This document shows, piece after piece, positions 35,417 to 49,501 of a stretch of DNA of 64,000 bases (positions are counted from its first letter, which is position 1; each line of letters starts with the position of its first letter). Under the pieces are notes generated by a model, which worked only from the letters and a program-made list of their open reading frames with translations, made no database searches and was not told where the DNA came from. A program made the position numbers and the translations under genes. Origin of the DNA: Mustelus asterias (taxonomy: Eukaryota); assembly GCF_964213995.1 (NCBI RefSeq), contig NW_027590731.1, positions 124,001 through 188,000 on the forward strand, given 5' to 3'.

Positions 35417-36947
35417 ACGGAAGTGCAAACGATCACCAGGTATTTTAACGGTATTGCTAGTGAAATAGCTCAGAGGCAAAGAATTTGGTATGAACCATTG
35501 GGTACTTCGAGTCCGTTCCGTCAGTTAATCAGAGAAGTGATCCATGCAACAAAGAGAACTCTTCTCCAGTCAGAAACACAATGAGCTTCAGTGAAGGGCC
35601 TGTACGATTTAAACTGTCCTTAACCTCGTCTGGTTCCTAATCTCCCGCCAGAAATGACAAGAAAACTTCCTGTTGAATTTGGTCAGGGTCTTCACTTCAA
35701 TAAGGGCAGGACATGAGGCGAGACCAGGATTCCTGCATTCTACAGGGAAATAACTGAAATGTGTTTCATGATTTGGACACGAGCAATAAATCTTCATATC
35801 CTGACCTGTAATCAAAACAGCAGTGAAAGTGTCAAACTCTATCCATCAGACCAGCAGTTACAGCATGTTTTAAAATTTGCTTTATCCACGCTCCTTTTGT
35901 TATTGTTAAGCTCGCTGAAAGCACACTTGAACCAAAGGGATTCTCCTGAAAAATGACACAATCTGCTTCAATACCAGTGATATGTTCAGCCATTGACAAC
36001 ATACAACAAACTCGCCACTTCAATTATTACATTCTTTCTGAGGGTTCGAAACCGGACAGCAATATTTCTGCATGCTTTTCAATACAGAGTCAGGGAAACG
36101 TTTCATAATTTGTGTTTTTGGTAAATGTCAACTGATATGCTGAGTATTTCCAGCATTTTCTGATTGCAAAGTCAGGAGTCACTCGGTAAAAACAACAAAA
36201 GTGAAGGTCTGTGGTAGAGAGCAAGGCAAGGTGGATTAATTGACACAAGGAATGATAGACACGCAAACATTGAGCAGGTGATGCTGGAGAGCGGGTGGTC
36301 TCGTGGTTCAGATTCAAGGCTTTAACCGCCAAGGCCCAGGTTCAATGACAGGTGACAAATTGTGAAAATAGAATTTCGTATGAAACAACTTGTCTCTTTC
36401 TTATTCCTGATCAACTAATCACAACTGTTGTTTCAAAGCAATATGCCAAGACTAATAAGCTGTTCCTCGACTGTAACTTTCTATAATTGTTTCATTTTCA
36501 TCCCCACTGCTGCTGCCTTCACAATATTTCTTTCATCCTACAACCCATTACTGCAAAATCCACCTTCTTCACTTGTGTTCAGCTCCTGTGACCTCATGGG
36601 ACTGAGTAGATTCAATGCGAAGATTATCATTTAGTCCGAGGTTTGGAGCGAGATCGAGGCGATGTTTGTGTCAGTGTAAAAGGTAAAGTCTGACCCATTA
36701 CCACCCAAATATACTTTGCAACACCATCTCTATCGTCAGTGCGTTGCAGCCTATCACTCTCCTTTGCTTAATAAAACAAATTATTGCTTATGCTGGAAAC
36801 TGAAACAGAAACAGAAAATGCTGGATAATGTCAACAGTTTTAACAGTATCAGTGGATAGAGAATAGAGACAACGTTTCGAGTCCTGATGACCCGCCGTCA
36901 GAGCTCTGAGCCTCTGACAAGTTGATTTCGAAACGTTGGCTCCAATC

Positions 36948-39030
36948 TCATAGAGTCAAAGAGTCTTAGAGTCACAGGTTTACAGCATGGAAAAAGGCCC
37001 TTCTGCCAGGCTTGTCCATGCCACCTTTTTTTAACGACCAAGCCAGTCCCAATTGCCAGCGTTTGGCCCATATCCCTCGATAGCAATCTTGCTCATGTAA
37101 CTTTCTAAACGCTTGTTAAAAGACACAATTGTACCCGCCTCTACTACTATCTCTGGTAGATTGTTACAGACACTCACCACCCTCAGTGTGAAAAAAGAAT
37201 GCTCCTCGGGATCCTTTTGTATCTCTCCCCTCTCATCTTAAACCTATGCCTTCCAGTTTTAGACTCCCCTACCACTGGGAAATGATATTGACTATCTAGC
37301 TGATCTATGTCTCTCAGTATTTCACAGACCTTTATAAGATCGTCCTGAGCCTCCTACATTCCAGAGAAAAAAGTCCCAGTCTATCCAACCACTCCTTGTA
37401 ACTCAAACCATCAAGTTCTCGGAGCATTCTAGTAAATCGTTTCTGCATTCTTTCTAGTTCAATAATATCCTTTCTATAATAGAATGACCAGAACAGTACA
37501 CAGTATTCCAAGTTTGGCTTACCAATGATTGCACAACTTCAACAATACGTCCCAGTTTCTGTATTCACTGTTCTGACCAATGAAACCAAGCATACCGAAT
37601 GCCGTATTCACCACCCTATCCACCTGTGACACCACTTTCAATGAGCTATGAACATGTACCCCCAGATCTCTTTGCTCTATAACTCTCGCCACGCCCTACC
37701 ATTAACTGAGCAAGTCCTGCCCTTGTTCGATCTACCAAAATGCATCACCTCGCATTTATCTAAATTAAACTCCATCTGCCATTCGTCAGCCCACTGGCTG
37801 AATTGATCAAGTTCCCGTTGAAATCTGAGATAACGTTCTTCACTGTGCACTATGCCATCATTCTTGGTGTCATGTGCAAACTTACTAACCATGCCTCCTA
37901 AATTCTCATCCATATCATTAATATAAATGACAAGTGACAGTGGACCCAACATCGATCCCTATGGCACACCGCTGCTCACAGCCTTCCAGTTTGAAAAACA
38001 AGCCTCTACACCACCCTCTGTGTTCTGTCATCAAGTTAATTTTATATCAATTTGGCGACCTAGCTGGATCCCGTGAGTTTTAATCTCATGCAACAACCTA
38101 CCATGCGGTACCTTGTCAAAGGCCTTGCTAAAGTTCATATAGACAACATCGACGGCACGGCCCTCATCTACCTTCTTGGTTACCCCTTCAAAAAAAACTC
38201 AATCAAATTTGTGAGACATGATTTTCCACTCGCAAAGCGATGCTGACTGTCCCTAATCAGTCTTTGACTCTCCAAATGCCTGTCGATCCGATCTGTAAGA
38301 ATTCCTTCGATCAACTTAGTTGGGCGGGGCGGCGGGGGTGGGGGGGGGGGGGGGCGGGGTGAGGGGGAGGGGGCGATAGCCTCGTGGTATTAACGCTAGA
38401 CTATTAATCCAGAAACTCAACTAAGTTCTGCGGACCGGGGTTCGAACTCGGTCATGACAGCCGGTGGAATTTGAATTCAATAAAAAAATTCTGGAATTAA
38501 GAATCTACTGATGACCATGAAACTATTGTTGATTGTTGGAAAGACTTATCTGGTTCACTAATGCTCTTTAGGGGAGGACATTTGCTGTCATTACACGGTC
38601 TGGCCTATATGTGACTCCAGAGCCACAGCAATGTGATTGCCTCTCAACTGCTTTCGGGCAACTGGGGATGGGCAATAAATGCTGGCCAGCCAGCGACGCC
38701 CATGTCCCATGAACACGTAAAAAAACTACAGCTGTGAGGCTCAACGGCCTGTAGTTCCCAGGCTTTTCGCTTTTAAACAAAGACACAACATTTGCCACCC
38801 TCCAATCTTCGGGCACCTCACCTATTGCTATCGATGTTTAAAATATCTCTGCTAGTGGATACACAATTTCCTCCCTAGCCTCCTACAACGTCCTAGGATA
38901 CACTTCATCAGGTGCTGAGGATTTATCTACCGGGATGCGCTTTAAGACTCCAGCATATCCTTCTCTGGAAAACCTAAACTCCTCAAGATATTGCTATTTA
39001 TTTTCCCAAGTTCCATCACACCCATGTCTT
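36948..39030 (-). mobile_element. Degenerate CR1 ORF2/3' end with nested SINE
   Basis: PEDWRVANVVSLFK, VSKFAHDTK..WQMEFNLDKCEVMHFG; tail at ~36950-36975. Confidence 0.88.
38375..38725 (+). mobile_element. tRNA-headed SINE (Deu/SacSINE-like) inserted in CR1
   Basis: Paralog of 9725-10080, ends in A-tail. Confidence 0.75.
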
Positions 39031-41097
39031 TCTGATGGTCTCTCTGCAAAAATGCCTTCAGACCTGATGAGATATTCTAGTCCACTTCTGGCCTCCCCCA
39101 CCATTAGGAACATTCTCTCTGAATCTACCCTGTCTAACTCTGTTAGAATTTTGTCGTTGCTATGACTCCTCCCTTATTCTTCTAAACTAGAATGAATGTA
39201 ATGCTAACCGACTTAGTCCCTCCTCATGTGACAGACCTGTCATCCCAGATATAAGCCTGGTAAACGTTCGCTGTACTCCCTGAAGGGCAATGAAATCCTT
39301 CCCCAGATAAGGACACCAAAACTGCACACAATACTCACGGTGTGGTCTCACTAACACTGTATACAATTGCATTAATGACTGAAGAGGCTCGAAAGGCTGA
39401 GCGGCCTGCCCTTGTCCCTATTCCTTATGGCATTGTTGGTCCTCATGCTTTGGAACTCTCTTTCTCAATAATCGGTGGCAACAGAGCTTTCATTATTTTT
39501 AAGGTAGATGTGGATAAGTTTTTGCTGAGTCATACGTGATTGGTGATCAGGTGTAGGTGGACTGCAAATTTGATGTTAGAATTAAGTTATGAAATGGTGG
39601 AGCGGGCTTGAGGGGCTTAATGTCCTACGTATCTTTCTATTTTGATTGTTCATACGACGATCTGAGAGAGAACACATTCCACATCATTGTCTTTAATGAG
39701 CGACCCCTTCTTTGAAACTTTCTCACCCGGTTTTGGATTCTCTCCGAAATGGCAACATTCTGTGCACATCCACAATGTCAACATCCCTCAAGATCTTAAA
39801 CTCTTCCATTAAGTCGCCTCTTACTATTCGAACTTTCAGTGTGTATATGTCTACTCTCTCCAACCATCTCCATGAGACAACCCGCTCATTACTGGAAATC
39901 GTTTAGTAAACCTTCTCAGGAGTGTCTCAAAGACATTTTCATTTCCCTTTATATATCGATAGCCAAAGGTATACACGTTATTTCTAATATGGGCTCACTA
40001 TCAGAAGGGCTTGAACCTGCAAGGCCACGGAGCAGATGATAGAATGTGGGATTAGACGGAGCCACTAGTTCCATTTGTCTCCGTTGTATCCAGAGTATGC
40101 ATGATGGGCTGAATGGCCCGTTTCGGCATCATTACTTTTCCATTCTTCTAGTTATCACCAGAGTTTTGTGCAACTGAATGGGTATGTATAAATAATATTG
40201 GGTGTAATTCGTGTAAGATAATGTCCTTTTTTGTCAGGTTTATAAATAGGCTCGACTGACATTTGTTTTAAATTCGAGCAAAAATAATAGAAGGAATTAA
40301 ATATTACTAAGTAGAGTGAATTGAAGGTGAAAGATATTTCGAGAAGATAAAACGTGCAGATCGATGGAATTGCATCCACACAGTCTGAAAGCAGCATGGC
40401 ATGCAGAGGAAGATGTAAGGTTGGGTGAAGGGCACAGGACACATCCTCACTTATCATCAAAAGTACAGGAAATTTTACATGTGTTTCAGAACGCAGGTTG
40501 GACACCTGATTTACCTCTTGCACGGGTTAATCTCCATAAAATAATATCTGTGAACAATACAAGGGCAGATGGTTGTTTTATCGGATTAAGACCTGTTTCT
40601 TGCTGAAAACCAGCAGTGTAATATTTCTAATCATCCTGCTTTTGACACCTCTCTTTTATTTGCAGAAGCATCAACATTATTCCCCGAATCTGCACCAATT
40701 TCACTATTACAGTTTCATTGAAATTCTGAAATTGTAGATTGACATTATGAGATAGAAATATTCGTTACTGTCTTAATTCACGTCAGTTCAGTAACATAGT
40801 CTTAATCAATAATCCTATTTTTCACCAAACTGCTTGGGCCAATTTGTTTGTCTTCAGTCAGATCATTTTCTATGATTGCAAAGGACTTTCAATAAACATG
40901 TATTTTGCAAGAAAAGCTGAATTCATCTTGTTTGTTCGGCGATTGTGAATAATCGTGTAGGCACAAAGTTTAATTGTTTCTCCGGTGACTTTACTCACTC
41001 CATAAATAGGCAATGCTTTCATTGTGCCCACCGGTGTTAAAAATAAGAGTGGTCTCCAGTACAACCAGAGATCATTGAATCTCAGAGTCGATGAACC

Positions 41098-42993
41098 ATG
41101 TACTGGATTATTCCACTTGAGCTTCGTATTATTTGGGTACGTCACGATGTCTGAAGGATTTACTACCCACTCCGTTGGTGTGACTGGTGAGTGTAATTTC
41201 ACTATATTTATTACCCTTGTCCATGAGATCCAGTTAATAATGTTATTATATGCAAACGTCATGTTCCTTATGTGTTAATGCAGTGGGAAAAATTCTCTCT
41301 CTTCTCAGCAGCCATTCTCCCTACTGTCGCCTGGTTGCTCTTTATTTCCCTCTCCCTCCCCTCCCCGCTACCACGCCCCCACCCCCCCCCCCCCCCCATC
41401 TCCTCGCTCCACCCACTCCGTCCCCACCTCCACCGGCCACTTTCACTGTTCCTGCCTTAGTATCTAAAGGGTCCTGACCTCAGTAAAAGTATATATATAA
41501 TTTCCAGTGCTGTGATTCACAGCCAATTCCAAATCAACTGATGCAATATCTACAAATGCAGAGTCTACAGCAGAGTCACAGCAGAGTGACCCGGACCAGG
41601 GACATTTGGTCCAAACCCATTGGCATCATTGTGTTTCCCAAATACAAATATGGAGAAGGCTTGAAAGTGGAGATCTGATCTGTTGGTGAATCTGCTTTCT
41701 TGCTACATCAATGCGAAGCTTTCCTACTGTGAACTCGGTCTCAGCGGAACCAGTGAATCCATATTATTCTGAGGCTGGATTATGTGAAAACAAATACTTC
41801 AATTGCTCCCCAGAATCCTGACAGACCGCTGCTCCCGTTCTCAATCTGAAATATGAGTTAATTGTGTCTCTCTTCCTTACAGTGAACTTATCGACGATTC
41901 TTATCCTGTCTCGCGGAAGGTGTGGACTTTCAAAATGTGTCACACGTTCCTAATTTCCATGTTAGCAGCGTGTGTACTGGTCGTCATCATCGACCTCATA
42001 TTGAGGCAAATTCCTATCAGAGTTAATGATCAATTTATCTTCATGCATCATACTCAAGTGTGCAACATCCATGCCGTCCTGCTGTACGCAGTCACCGATT
42101 GTTCTGTCTTGTTCACTGTCACTTTCACCTTTGATCGATTCGTGGCCATTACTTGTCAGAAACAGAAAATAAACTACTACACTGAGAAAACGGCAGTTGT
42201 GGTTATTGGAACAGTGAGTGTGCTGCTCAGTGCAAAGAACACGTTCTGGTACTATATGTCTGAGGATATAGTGTACTTTCCAAGAATCTCTACTTCTGTT
42301 ATGCAGATTCTGATGAATTGTTTTCACCAGCGTGAGTAGGAGTTGAAAGTCTGCATTATATTTTAGCCAAAAGACCAGAAGACCAAAAGACATAGGAGCA
42401 GCATTAGACCACTTGGCCCATCGAGTCTGCTCCGCCATTCAATCATGGCTGATATTTTTTCTCATCCCCATTCTGCTGCCTTTTCCCCATAACCCCGATC
42501 CCCTTATCAATCAAGAACCTATATCTCTCTGTCTTAAAGACACTCAATGAACTGGCCTCCACAGCCTTCTTCTCCAAACCTCATCTGTTCCTTTATTGCT
42601 GAAACTGCTGTGCAATATTTCAACCGTTAAACACATTTTATTGTCGAGCAAGGTTCTCCGTAGACCTCAGACGCAAAAGAGTGGGGAAAGTTCAAATGGC
42701 CAAGAGATAGAGAAGTGAAGAAAATCTACCATCTTACCCTTTGCGATGTCGGGAAATTTTATCCTGTTATGGTCAGGGTTCCTATTGTTTTGCCTTCATC
42801 AGCGATTGTACAAGTTGAATTTATTTCTGTTATTTTGCCATTATTTGTTCAGGAACTGGGATTTATGCTTCAACTCTAGAGTTGCTGCACCAACACATGC
42901 ATTCATGCCATGACCCAGACGCAATTCAGAGCGGATCTGAAGAATGTGGTGAAATTTTCATTTACTGGAATTGTGAAATTTATTAAACAGTGA
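41098..42993 (+). pseudogene. GPR139/GPR142-like class A GPCR pseudogene (exon 1 41098-41186, exon 2 41883-42993)
   Basis: RIYYP..VGVT|gtgagt...ttacag|VNLSTILILSRGRCGLSKCVTR; FTFDRFVAI; SCCTNTCIHAMTQTQFR; stops, frameshifts and CR1 tail insertion at ~42370-42570. Confidence 0.85.
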
Positions 42994-43994
42994 TCAGATA
43001 GTTTACCATAACAGTGTGTTTATCTGGTGTACTGTACAAAACCCCATCTCAGTCAGACACGCACAGTGAGACCGTTTTTGTTTTGTTATTCTGATCAATC
43101 CATGAACAGCAAGCGCAGAAATAGAAAATAATCGAATTTACGTCCAGAGGCACTGGGTTTGGATCATTTCAATGCTGACATTCAGCATGGCCTGGGCAAA
43201 ATGAGCTCCAGAGTAAAGTATCCCCATGGCAAAGCGGGAGGGAGATTGGTGACTGTGACATTTTGCGTCTACTCCAACACACCTCCAACAACAAATGGAG
43301 ATGCCAGCCCTAACGTCCCTTAAACCTCACCGCACCATAAAACTTTATTATTTAATAAGTCTGGATGAGAAAAGTACACATCACTTTAAATCAATAAAAG
43401 AGGTCATAAAATAATTAGCTGTTAATGGGCATATTTATTCGTGGGACGATGAATGCCAATGTCAGTATTAAATTCATTATCCTTCGGCCAGATTTCCCTG
43501 TGAATATTACTGACACAGATACGAATGTCGTTGCTTTACTTGTTGGTTCCTTTCTGGGGAAACAAGGAAATAAATTTAACCTAAAAATCTCCTCAAACCT
43601 GTTTTGCTATCTTGTCGTTAACGTGATACAACACCACCATCTGCTGGCGCCCCGCAGCAACTGCAGATTTGTGAGTCTCAAAGTTCAGTCTGGATGGCTG
43701 CATCCGCGAACCTTTTGCTGAAGTGTGACTATTGAACGATATTGTCCGAGATTTGAGTTTACAGAAGGAGCTCGGCTGGCGCATTCGCCCTTTTATATAA
43801 CTAGACACCGCAAAGGAACTGCGTTCTTCATTACCCATTGGAGACATGGTCTGGACATTGAAGTTGGTGTTATTTCAGATTGCAATGCGTGTATTCGATG
43901 CAGTTATCAGATGTTAAATCACGTTCAGAATGGGAGTGGGTAAACGTTTCTTCCCTCTGTAATTCACTGTCAGACATTTTCAAGGTTTAATCCT

Positions 43995-44188
43995 ACAGGG
44001 GCACGCGCACACAGACATTTACAGCAGCGCGCACATACACAAAGACATTTACAGGGGCCCACACACGCGCAAACATACACACATAGAGATACAGGGGCGC
44101 GCACTCGTACACAGAAATACAGAGGCACAAACACACACAGACATTTACAGGGGCCCGCACACGCATAAACTCACACAAACACACAGAT
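43995..44188. repeat. CA-rich minisatellite
   Basis: Repeated acacagacatttacaggggc units. Confidence 0.85.
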
Positions 44189-44344
44189 CCTTATAAAGAA
44201 TGTTCACAGTAACTTCATTGCAATGTTAATGTAAGCCTAATTGTGACACTAATAAACGTCAATGTTTCCAATATAATCCACTAAATTTCACACAATGATT
44301 CTTTGAAGATTGAAAACGAAATCATTTTAAGGCGCAGATTTTAT

Positions 44345-45182
44345 TTCTTTGATTGCATTTGATTTATTTTTGTCACGTATATTACATACAGAGAAAAGTA
44401 CAGTGAAAAGACAAAGCATATCGTTTATAGAGAAGGAAACGAGATATTGAAGAATGTAATGTTACAGTCATAGCTTGGGTGGAGTGAAAGATCAGCGTAA
44501 TGCAAAGTAAGTCCATTCAAAAGTCAGACGGCAGCAGGAAAGAAGCTGTTCTTGAGTCGGTTGGTACGTGTCCTCAGACTTTTGTATATTTTTCCCGCGG
44601 AAGAAGGCGGAAGATAGAATGTCCGGGGTGCGTGGGATCCTTAATTATGCTGGCTGCTTTGCCGTGGCAGCGGCAGTCAATGGATGGGAGACTGGTTTGC
44701 GTGATGGATTGGGCTCTATTCATGCCTTATTGTTGTTTCTTGCGGCCTTAGGCAGAGCAGGAGCCATACCAAGCTGTGATACAACCAGAAAGAATGATTT
44801 CTATGGTGCATCTGTAAAAGTTGGTGAGAGTCGTTGCTGACATGCCAAATTTCCTTCGTCTTCTGACAAAGTAGAGGCGTTGGTGGGCTTTCTTAACTTT
44901 CGTGTTGGCATGGGGGGACAAGGACAGGTTGTTGGTGATCTGGATACATAAAAACTTGAAGCTTTCGACCATTTCTACTTCGTCCCCGTTGATGTAGACA
45001 GGGGCATGTTCTCCTTTTCGCTTCCTGAAGTCGATGACAATCTCCATTGTTTTATTGACATTGAAGCAGAGATTATTGTCGCCGGAACAGTTCACCATGT
45101 TCTTCATCTCATTCCTGTACTCTGTCTCGTCATTGTTTGAGATCCAACCCACTACAGTGATGTCGTCGGCAAACTTGAAATT
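44345..45182 (-). mobile_element. Rex1/Babar LINE, 5'-truncated
   Basis: KFADDITVVG.ISNNDETEYR, NVNKT.EIVIDFRK, VESFKFL, KKAHQRLYF, TNFYRCTIE.ILSGCITAWYGSCS. Confidence 0.9.
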
Positions 45183-45577
45183 ATTTTGTATCTTCACAGC
45201 CTTTATTCACACTGTATCCGTGCTCGATAAATAAGGTTTTCCCATTTTGAAGCTCTTGGCCTACATTATAAAAGTTACCGTGATGCAGAAAAAAACCCAT
45301 CTGTGTTGGAATGAAAATGTTCAACCTCCATTCTTGTTCCGATTTGCCCTGCCAGTTATATACCTCAACAAGTTTCGTACATATTCATCAGAGAAAGTTT
45401 CGGTGTTGACTCTTATGAGACTGTTGGGCCATTCCCTAACACACAATAAACACAGAGGCTCAATGTTGCTTCAATTGTTTCTGGAACTGATAGCATCCAG
45501 AATGGAGAGTTTGGTTAATGTTATTTTCTTTCAAATTTGAAGTATGTTTCTGTTTTACAATGTCTCAATGTCGCACT

Positions 45578-46522
45578 GACACTCACACAACACAAACATG
45601 TACTCACACACGTACAGTTACGCATTCAGAAACTTTCTCATAAACACATGCTGCCATATACACACTCTCTCACCCAAACAAACACACAGACTTATATATA
45701 GACACAAACTTAAAAAACATACTCAAAAGCACACGTTCACACACAGGGGAACAGACAGAGAGAAACTGAAAACCTCACAGACACAGGGGCTCACACACAC
45801 AGTTACAGGGACACACAGATACTGGGGCACACACAGTTGCATGGGCACATTCAGATACATGCGCATATTTAGATACATGGGCACACAGACACAGATACAG
45901 GGGCACACGCAGAGACATGGGGGCACGCACACAGATACAGGGTCACACACACAGATAGAGGGACAGACATACAAATAGGGGGACACAGAAAGACAGATAC
46001 ATGGACACACACACACACACACAAACAGACACACACACACGCGCGTGCACGCATATACAGGCATACACACACGGAGAGACACAAAGATACCGCGGCAAAC
46101 ACGCACATACAGTGACACACATGAAGGTAGATACAGGGACGCACACTCACACAGATACCAGGGTTCACACAGATACAGGGAGACGCACAGATTGAGGGAC
46201 ACTCAGAGATAGAGAGGCACACACACAAACAGAGATACAGAAGCACACAAACAGATACTGGGGCATACAGAGAGCCAGGGGCACACGCAGCTCTGCGGCA
46301 CACACACACACACACAGTGGTGCACACACAGATACAGGGACAGACACAGAGAGGTAGTGGAGCGTACACCAATTCAGGGGCATACACAGATTTAGGGGCA
46401 CACACAGAGAGATAGCGGTGAAAACACAGATACAGGGGAATGCACAGAATAAGGGGCACACACACAGATATAGATGCACACACACAGCGATGCAAGGACT
46501 TAAACAGAGATACAGGAGCACA
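45578..46522. repeat. CA-rich minisatellite (acacagatacaggggcac-like unit)
   Basis: Degenerate ~20-bp unit; source of spurious Cys/Val-rich ORFs. Confidence 0.9.
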
Positions 46523-46627
46523 AACCTACTGAGAACTTACAACGTCTGCTGTTTTTATTATCAATACACGTTTTATTATAAGTTAAAACACAGCAAGTTG
46601 GCAAAGGTCAGTAGAATGAGGTGCATC

Positions 46628-47665
46628 TCCTCGTAGCAACGGGATGTGACGCTCGACTCATTGATCGACAGTTCCGCCGCGCCTCAGCGAAAAACCGCAC
46701 TGACCTCCTCAGAAGGCAAACACAGGACATGACCGACAGGGTGACCTTCGTCGTCCAGTACTTCCCCGGAGCGGAGAAATTATGACATCTTCTTCGGAGT
46801 CTTCAACATGTCATCGATGAAGATCAGCATCTCGCCGAGGCCATCCCCACATCCCCACCACTTGTCTTCAAAAACCGCGCAAACTCAAACAGACCATTGG
46901 TAGCAGCAAACTACCCACCCTTCAGGAGAACAGCGACCACGACACCAAACAACTCTGCCACGGCAATCTTTGCAAGACGTGCCGGACCATTGACATGGAG
47001 GCCATCATCACACATGAGAATTCTCTCCACCAGGTACACGGTACATACTCATGCAACTCGGCCAACGTTGTCTACCTCATACGTAGAAAACGATGTCCAG
47101 AGGCGTCGTACATCGGCGAATCCAGGCAGATGCTACAACGGCTGAACTGACACTGCGCAACAGTCACCAGGCAGGAGTGTTCCCTTCCTTGCGGGGAACA
47201 TTTAAGCAGTCAAGGGCATTCAGCCTCGGACGTCCGGCTAAGCGCTCTCCAAAATGGCCTTCAAGACATATGACAACGCAGAATCGCCGAGCAGAAACTG
47301 ATAGCCATGTTCCGCATGCATGAGCACGGCCTCAACCGGGATCTTGGATTCATGTCACACTACATGTAACCAATTGGCGTGGAAGTGCAAAATCCTACTA
47401 ACTGTCCTGGTTTGAGACAATTGACACCTCCTTAACTTGTGATTGTCCCTCTCGCCACTTGCATTGTCTGTACCTGTAAAGACTTGATTGCCGGAAAAGA
47501 CTCTTATTCCAAACATTATCTTACAATTGTGTCTTTGTGTATATATACCGCGTTTGTGAAACCTGGCTCTGCACTTACCTGATGAAGGAGCAGCTCTCCG
47601 AATGCTCATGATTGCAAATAAGCCTGTTGGACTTTAACCTGGTGTTGTGAGACTTCTTACTGTGG
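46628..47665 (+). mobile_element. Penelope-like element 3' part, degenerate
   Basis: Co-linear with 18245-19290, including GIY-YIG region and terminal repeat. Confidence 0.9.
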
Positions 47666-48049
47666 AACGAGGGAAAGGTAAACTTTCACCTGGATGGTAT
47701 TTTTAGTACTGCAAAATTCTGCGATAGAAAGAATGGAGTTCAAATTAATTGCGTGTCAGTTCCTTAATACAAGGCTGCTATGTTGGCGTTGTTTGTTTCA
47801 TTGGAGCCACAATGATGAGGTTGGTGGATTTTGGAAAGATACACAAGAGCAACCTGTGGGACTATTTCACCTCACTGTCGATTGCATGTTCCAGGTTACA
47901 GCAAACAGTGATGTCACTGGCTGAAGGAGTTACTCATGTTCCATCTAAACATGGCATTTTGCCCATCGCAGGTATAAAACAAAAACTGAAATGAAAATAA
48001 AGTCCAAATTTAATATAAATGGGTGAGGTTAAAGTGCAGGCAGACACCT

Positions 48050-48130
48050 TCCCTGCTGGTCTCGTGGTTAGGACTCGGAGGATTCGGAGTTTTCAGTACC
48101 GCGGCCTGGGTTTAATTCCAGGTCAGTGAA
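48050..48130 (+). pseudogene. tRNA-Glu(TTC) pseudogene with 9-nt internal duplication
   Basis: TCCCTGCTGGTCTCGTGGTT-AGGACTCGG-AGGATTCGG-AGTTTTCAGTACCGCGGCCTGGGTTTAATTCCAGGTCAGTGAA. Confidence 0.75.
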
Positions 48131-49501
48131 TGCAACTCTATTGCTGTCGTGCAGCACATGAATGAAGAGGAGTTGAAATTACTTCCTACTCGAAAACAGG
48201 GGTGGTACTTGTGCCACTTTGAAAAATAAGGATTAAATTTCCATCCCATTCCACAATCCTGCCAATTGTCCCGAACAACTTGTATTTACATCGTCTCTGC
48301 TGGCTCCTTTTGTCCAAGTGAATAAGATGTTTTCTGCTGCATTAAATCTGAGCCATGGCATGATCGACCAAAAGTGTTTCATGAAATTTAAAATAAATCA
48401 AATGAAATATTAAAAACAGTGGAATACGATCCCACGCCTCCACAAAACATCAGTTCAGTGCCTTGGACCAAAGACCAAATTTACCAGTAGAAAAGGAATG
48501 CTGTCACGGTTGCTGTTGCTAGTGGACAGAATCGATGGAGAAGGAGTGGGTCATATTTCCCTTCGACTCTCCTCCACCACGGAATAAGATCCGGTGGATC
48601 CCATGTTCAACACCAATTTGCCAACAAATCCCGAATCTCTTAATTCCCTTCGAGTTCAAAAAAATTATCCTTCTCAGTATTCAATATCCTCACTGGTTGA
48701 GGATCCGCAGACCGTTGGGCTACAGAATTCCAAGCATTCACAAGCCTCTGAGTGAAGAATTCTCTCCTCACCTCGGTCCTAATGGTTGACGTACTATCCG
48801 GATATTGTGAGCCCAGTTTAAAACACTCCAGACTCAAGCAAGAGGCGGGGAAGGAGGAGGGGTGTAGGGGGGGAGGGGCGGGGTGCGGTGGAGGGGTGTA
48901 GGGTGGCGAGGGGGTGAGGCGGGGGGGGGGGGGTGGAAACAATCTCTCAGCATGTACACTGTCAAACAGTCTCGCCGTTCCAGACTTTTCACTGGGATCA
49001 CTTTTCATTTTTCCAAACTCTCGAGAGAACAGGGTAATTACAATGAATCACTCCTCCAAAGGCAATTGTTTCATCACAGCAATCAATCCAGTGAATCTTG
49101 GTTACACAGACAGCGCGAGAATAGAGGGAAATAAGAGCACAGTATGGAAAGTTGATGGAGGTACAGAGAGAGTCTGAGAGAGTGAAAAAGACAGATCGAT
49201 ACACAGAAACAAAGAGAGACAGTGCGTGGGGGAGTCAACCACATTGTATGAATGAATAACAGTGCACACAAAGCCAGCGGCCGGAACCCACAAGCATTGG
49301 GTCCTCTGAATCGTTGACGAGGGATAAAGAGAATGTCCAAAAGAAGCGTCAACTTTTGAAAACATCTTGAATTACTTGTGAGCGCGTTGTGTAATTGGAT
49401 CCCCTGTATTGTCAGTTTCTCAAACGAAACCGCAGGTAAACTCATCCAGCAGAGCACACGGTAAAGAAATGAACAAGACTTTGCCATCGCAAACAACAAC
49501 G

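Noticed and set aside
38320-38374. G/C tracts (also ~17060, 32935, 41355, 48845) as G-quadruplex regulators
   Set aside because: Low-complexity runs variable between paralogs; no evidence of function
38375-38460. tRNA-like sequence with B-box
   Set aside because: Head of a SINE, followed by SINE body and A-tail
40155-41262. Minus-strand ORFs of 122 and 130 aa
   Set aside because: No recognisable domain; the second is antisense to exon 1 of the GPCR pseudogene
45598-46636. Cys/Val- and Thr/His-rich ORFs up to 208 aa
   Set aside because: Translations of CA-rich minisatellite
48050-48130. 81-nt tRNA-Glu as another intron-containing tRNA
   Set aside because: Extra 9 nt are a tandem duplication 5' of the anticodon, not at 37/38; stems are degraded
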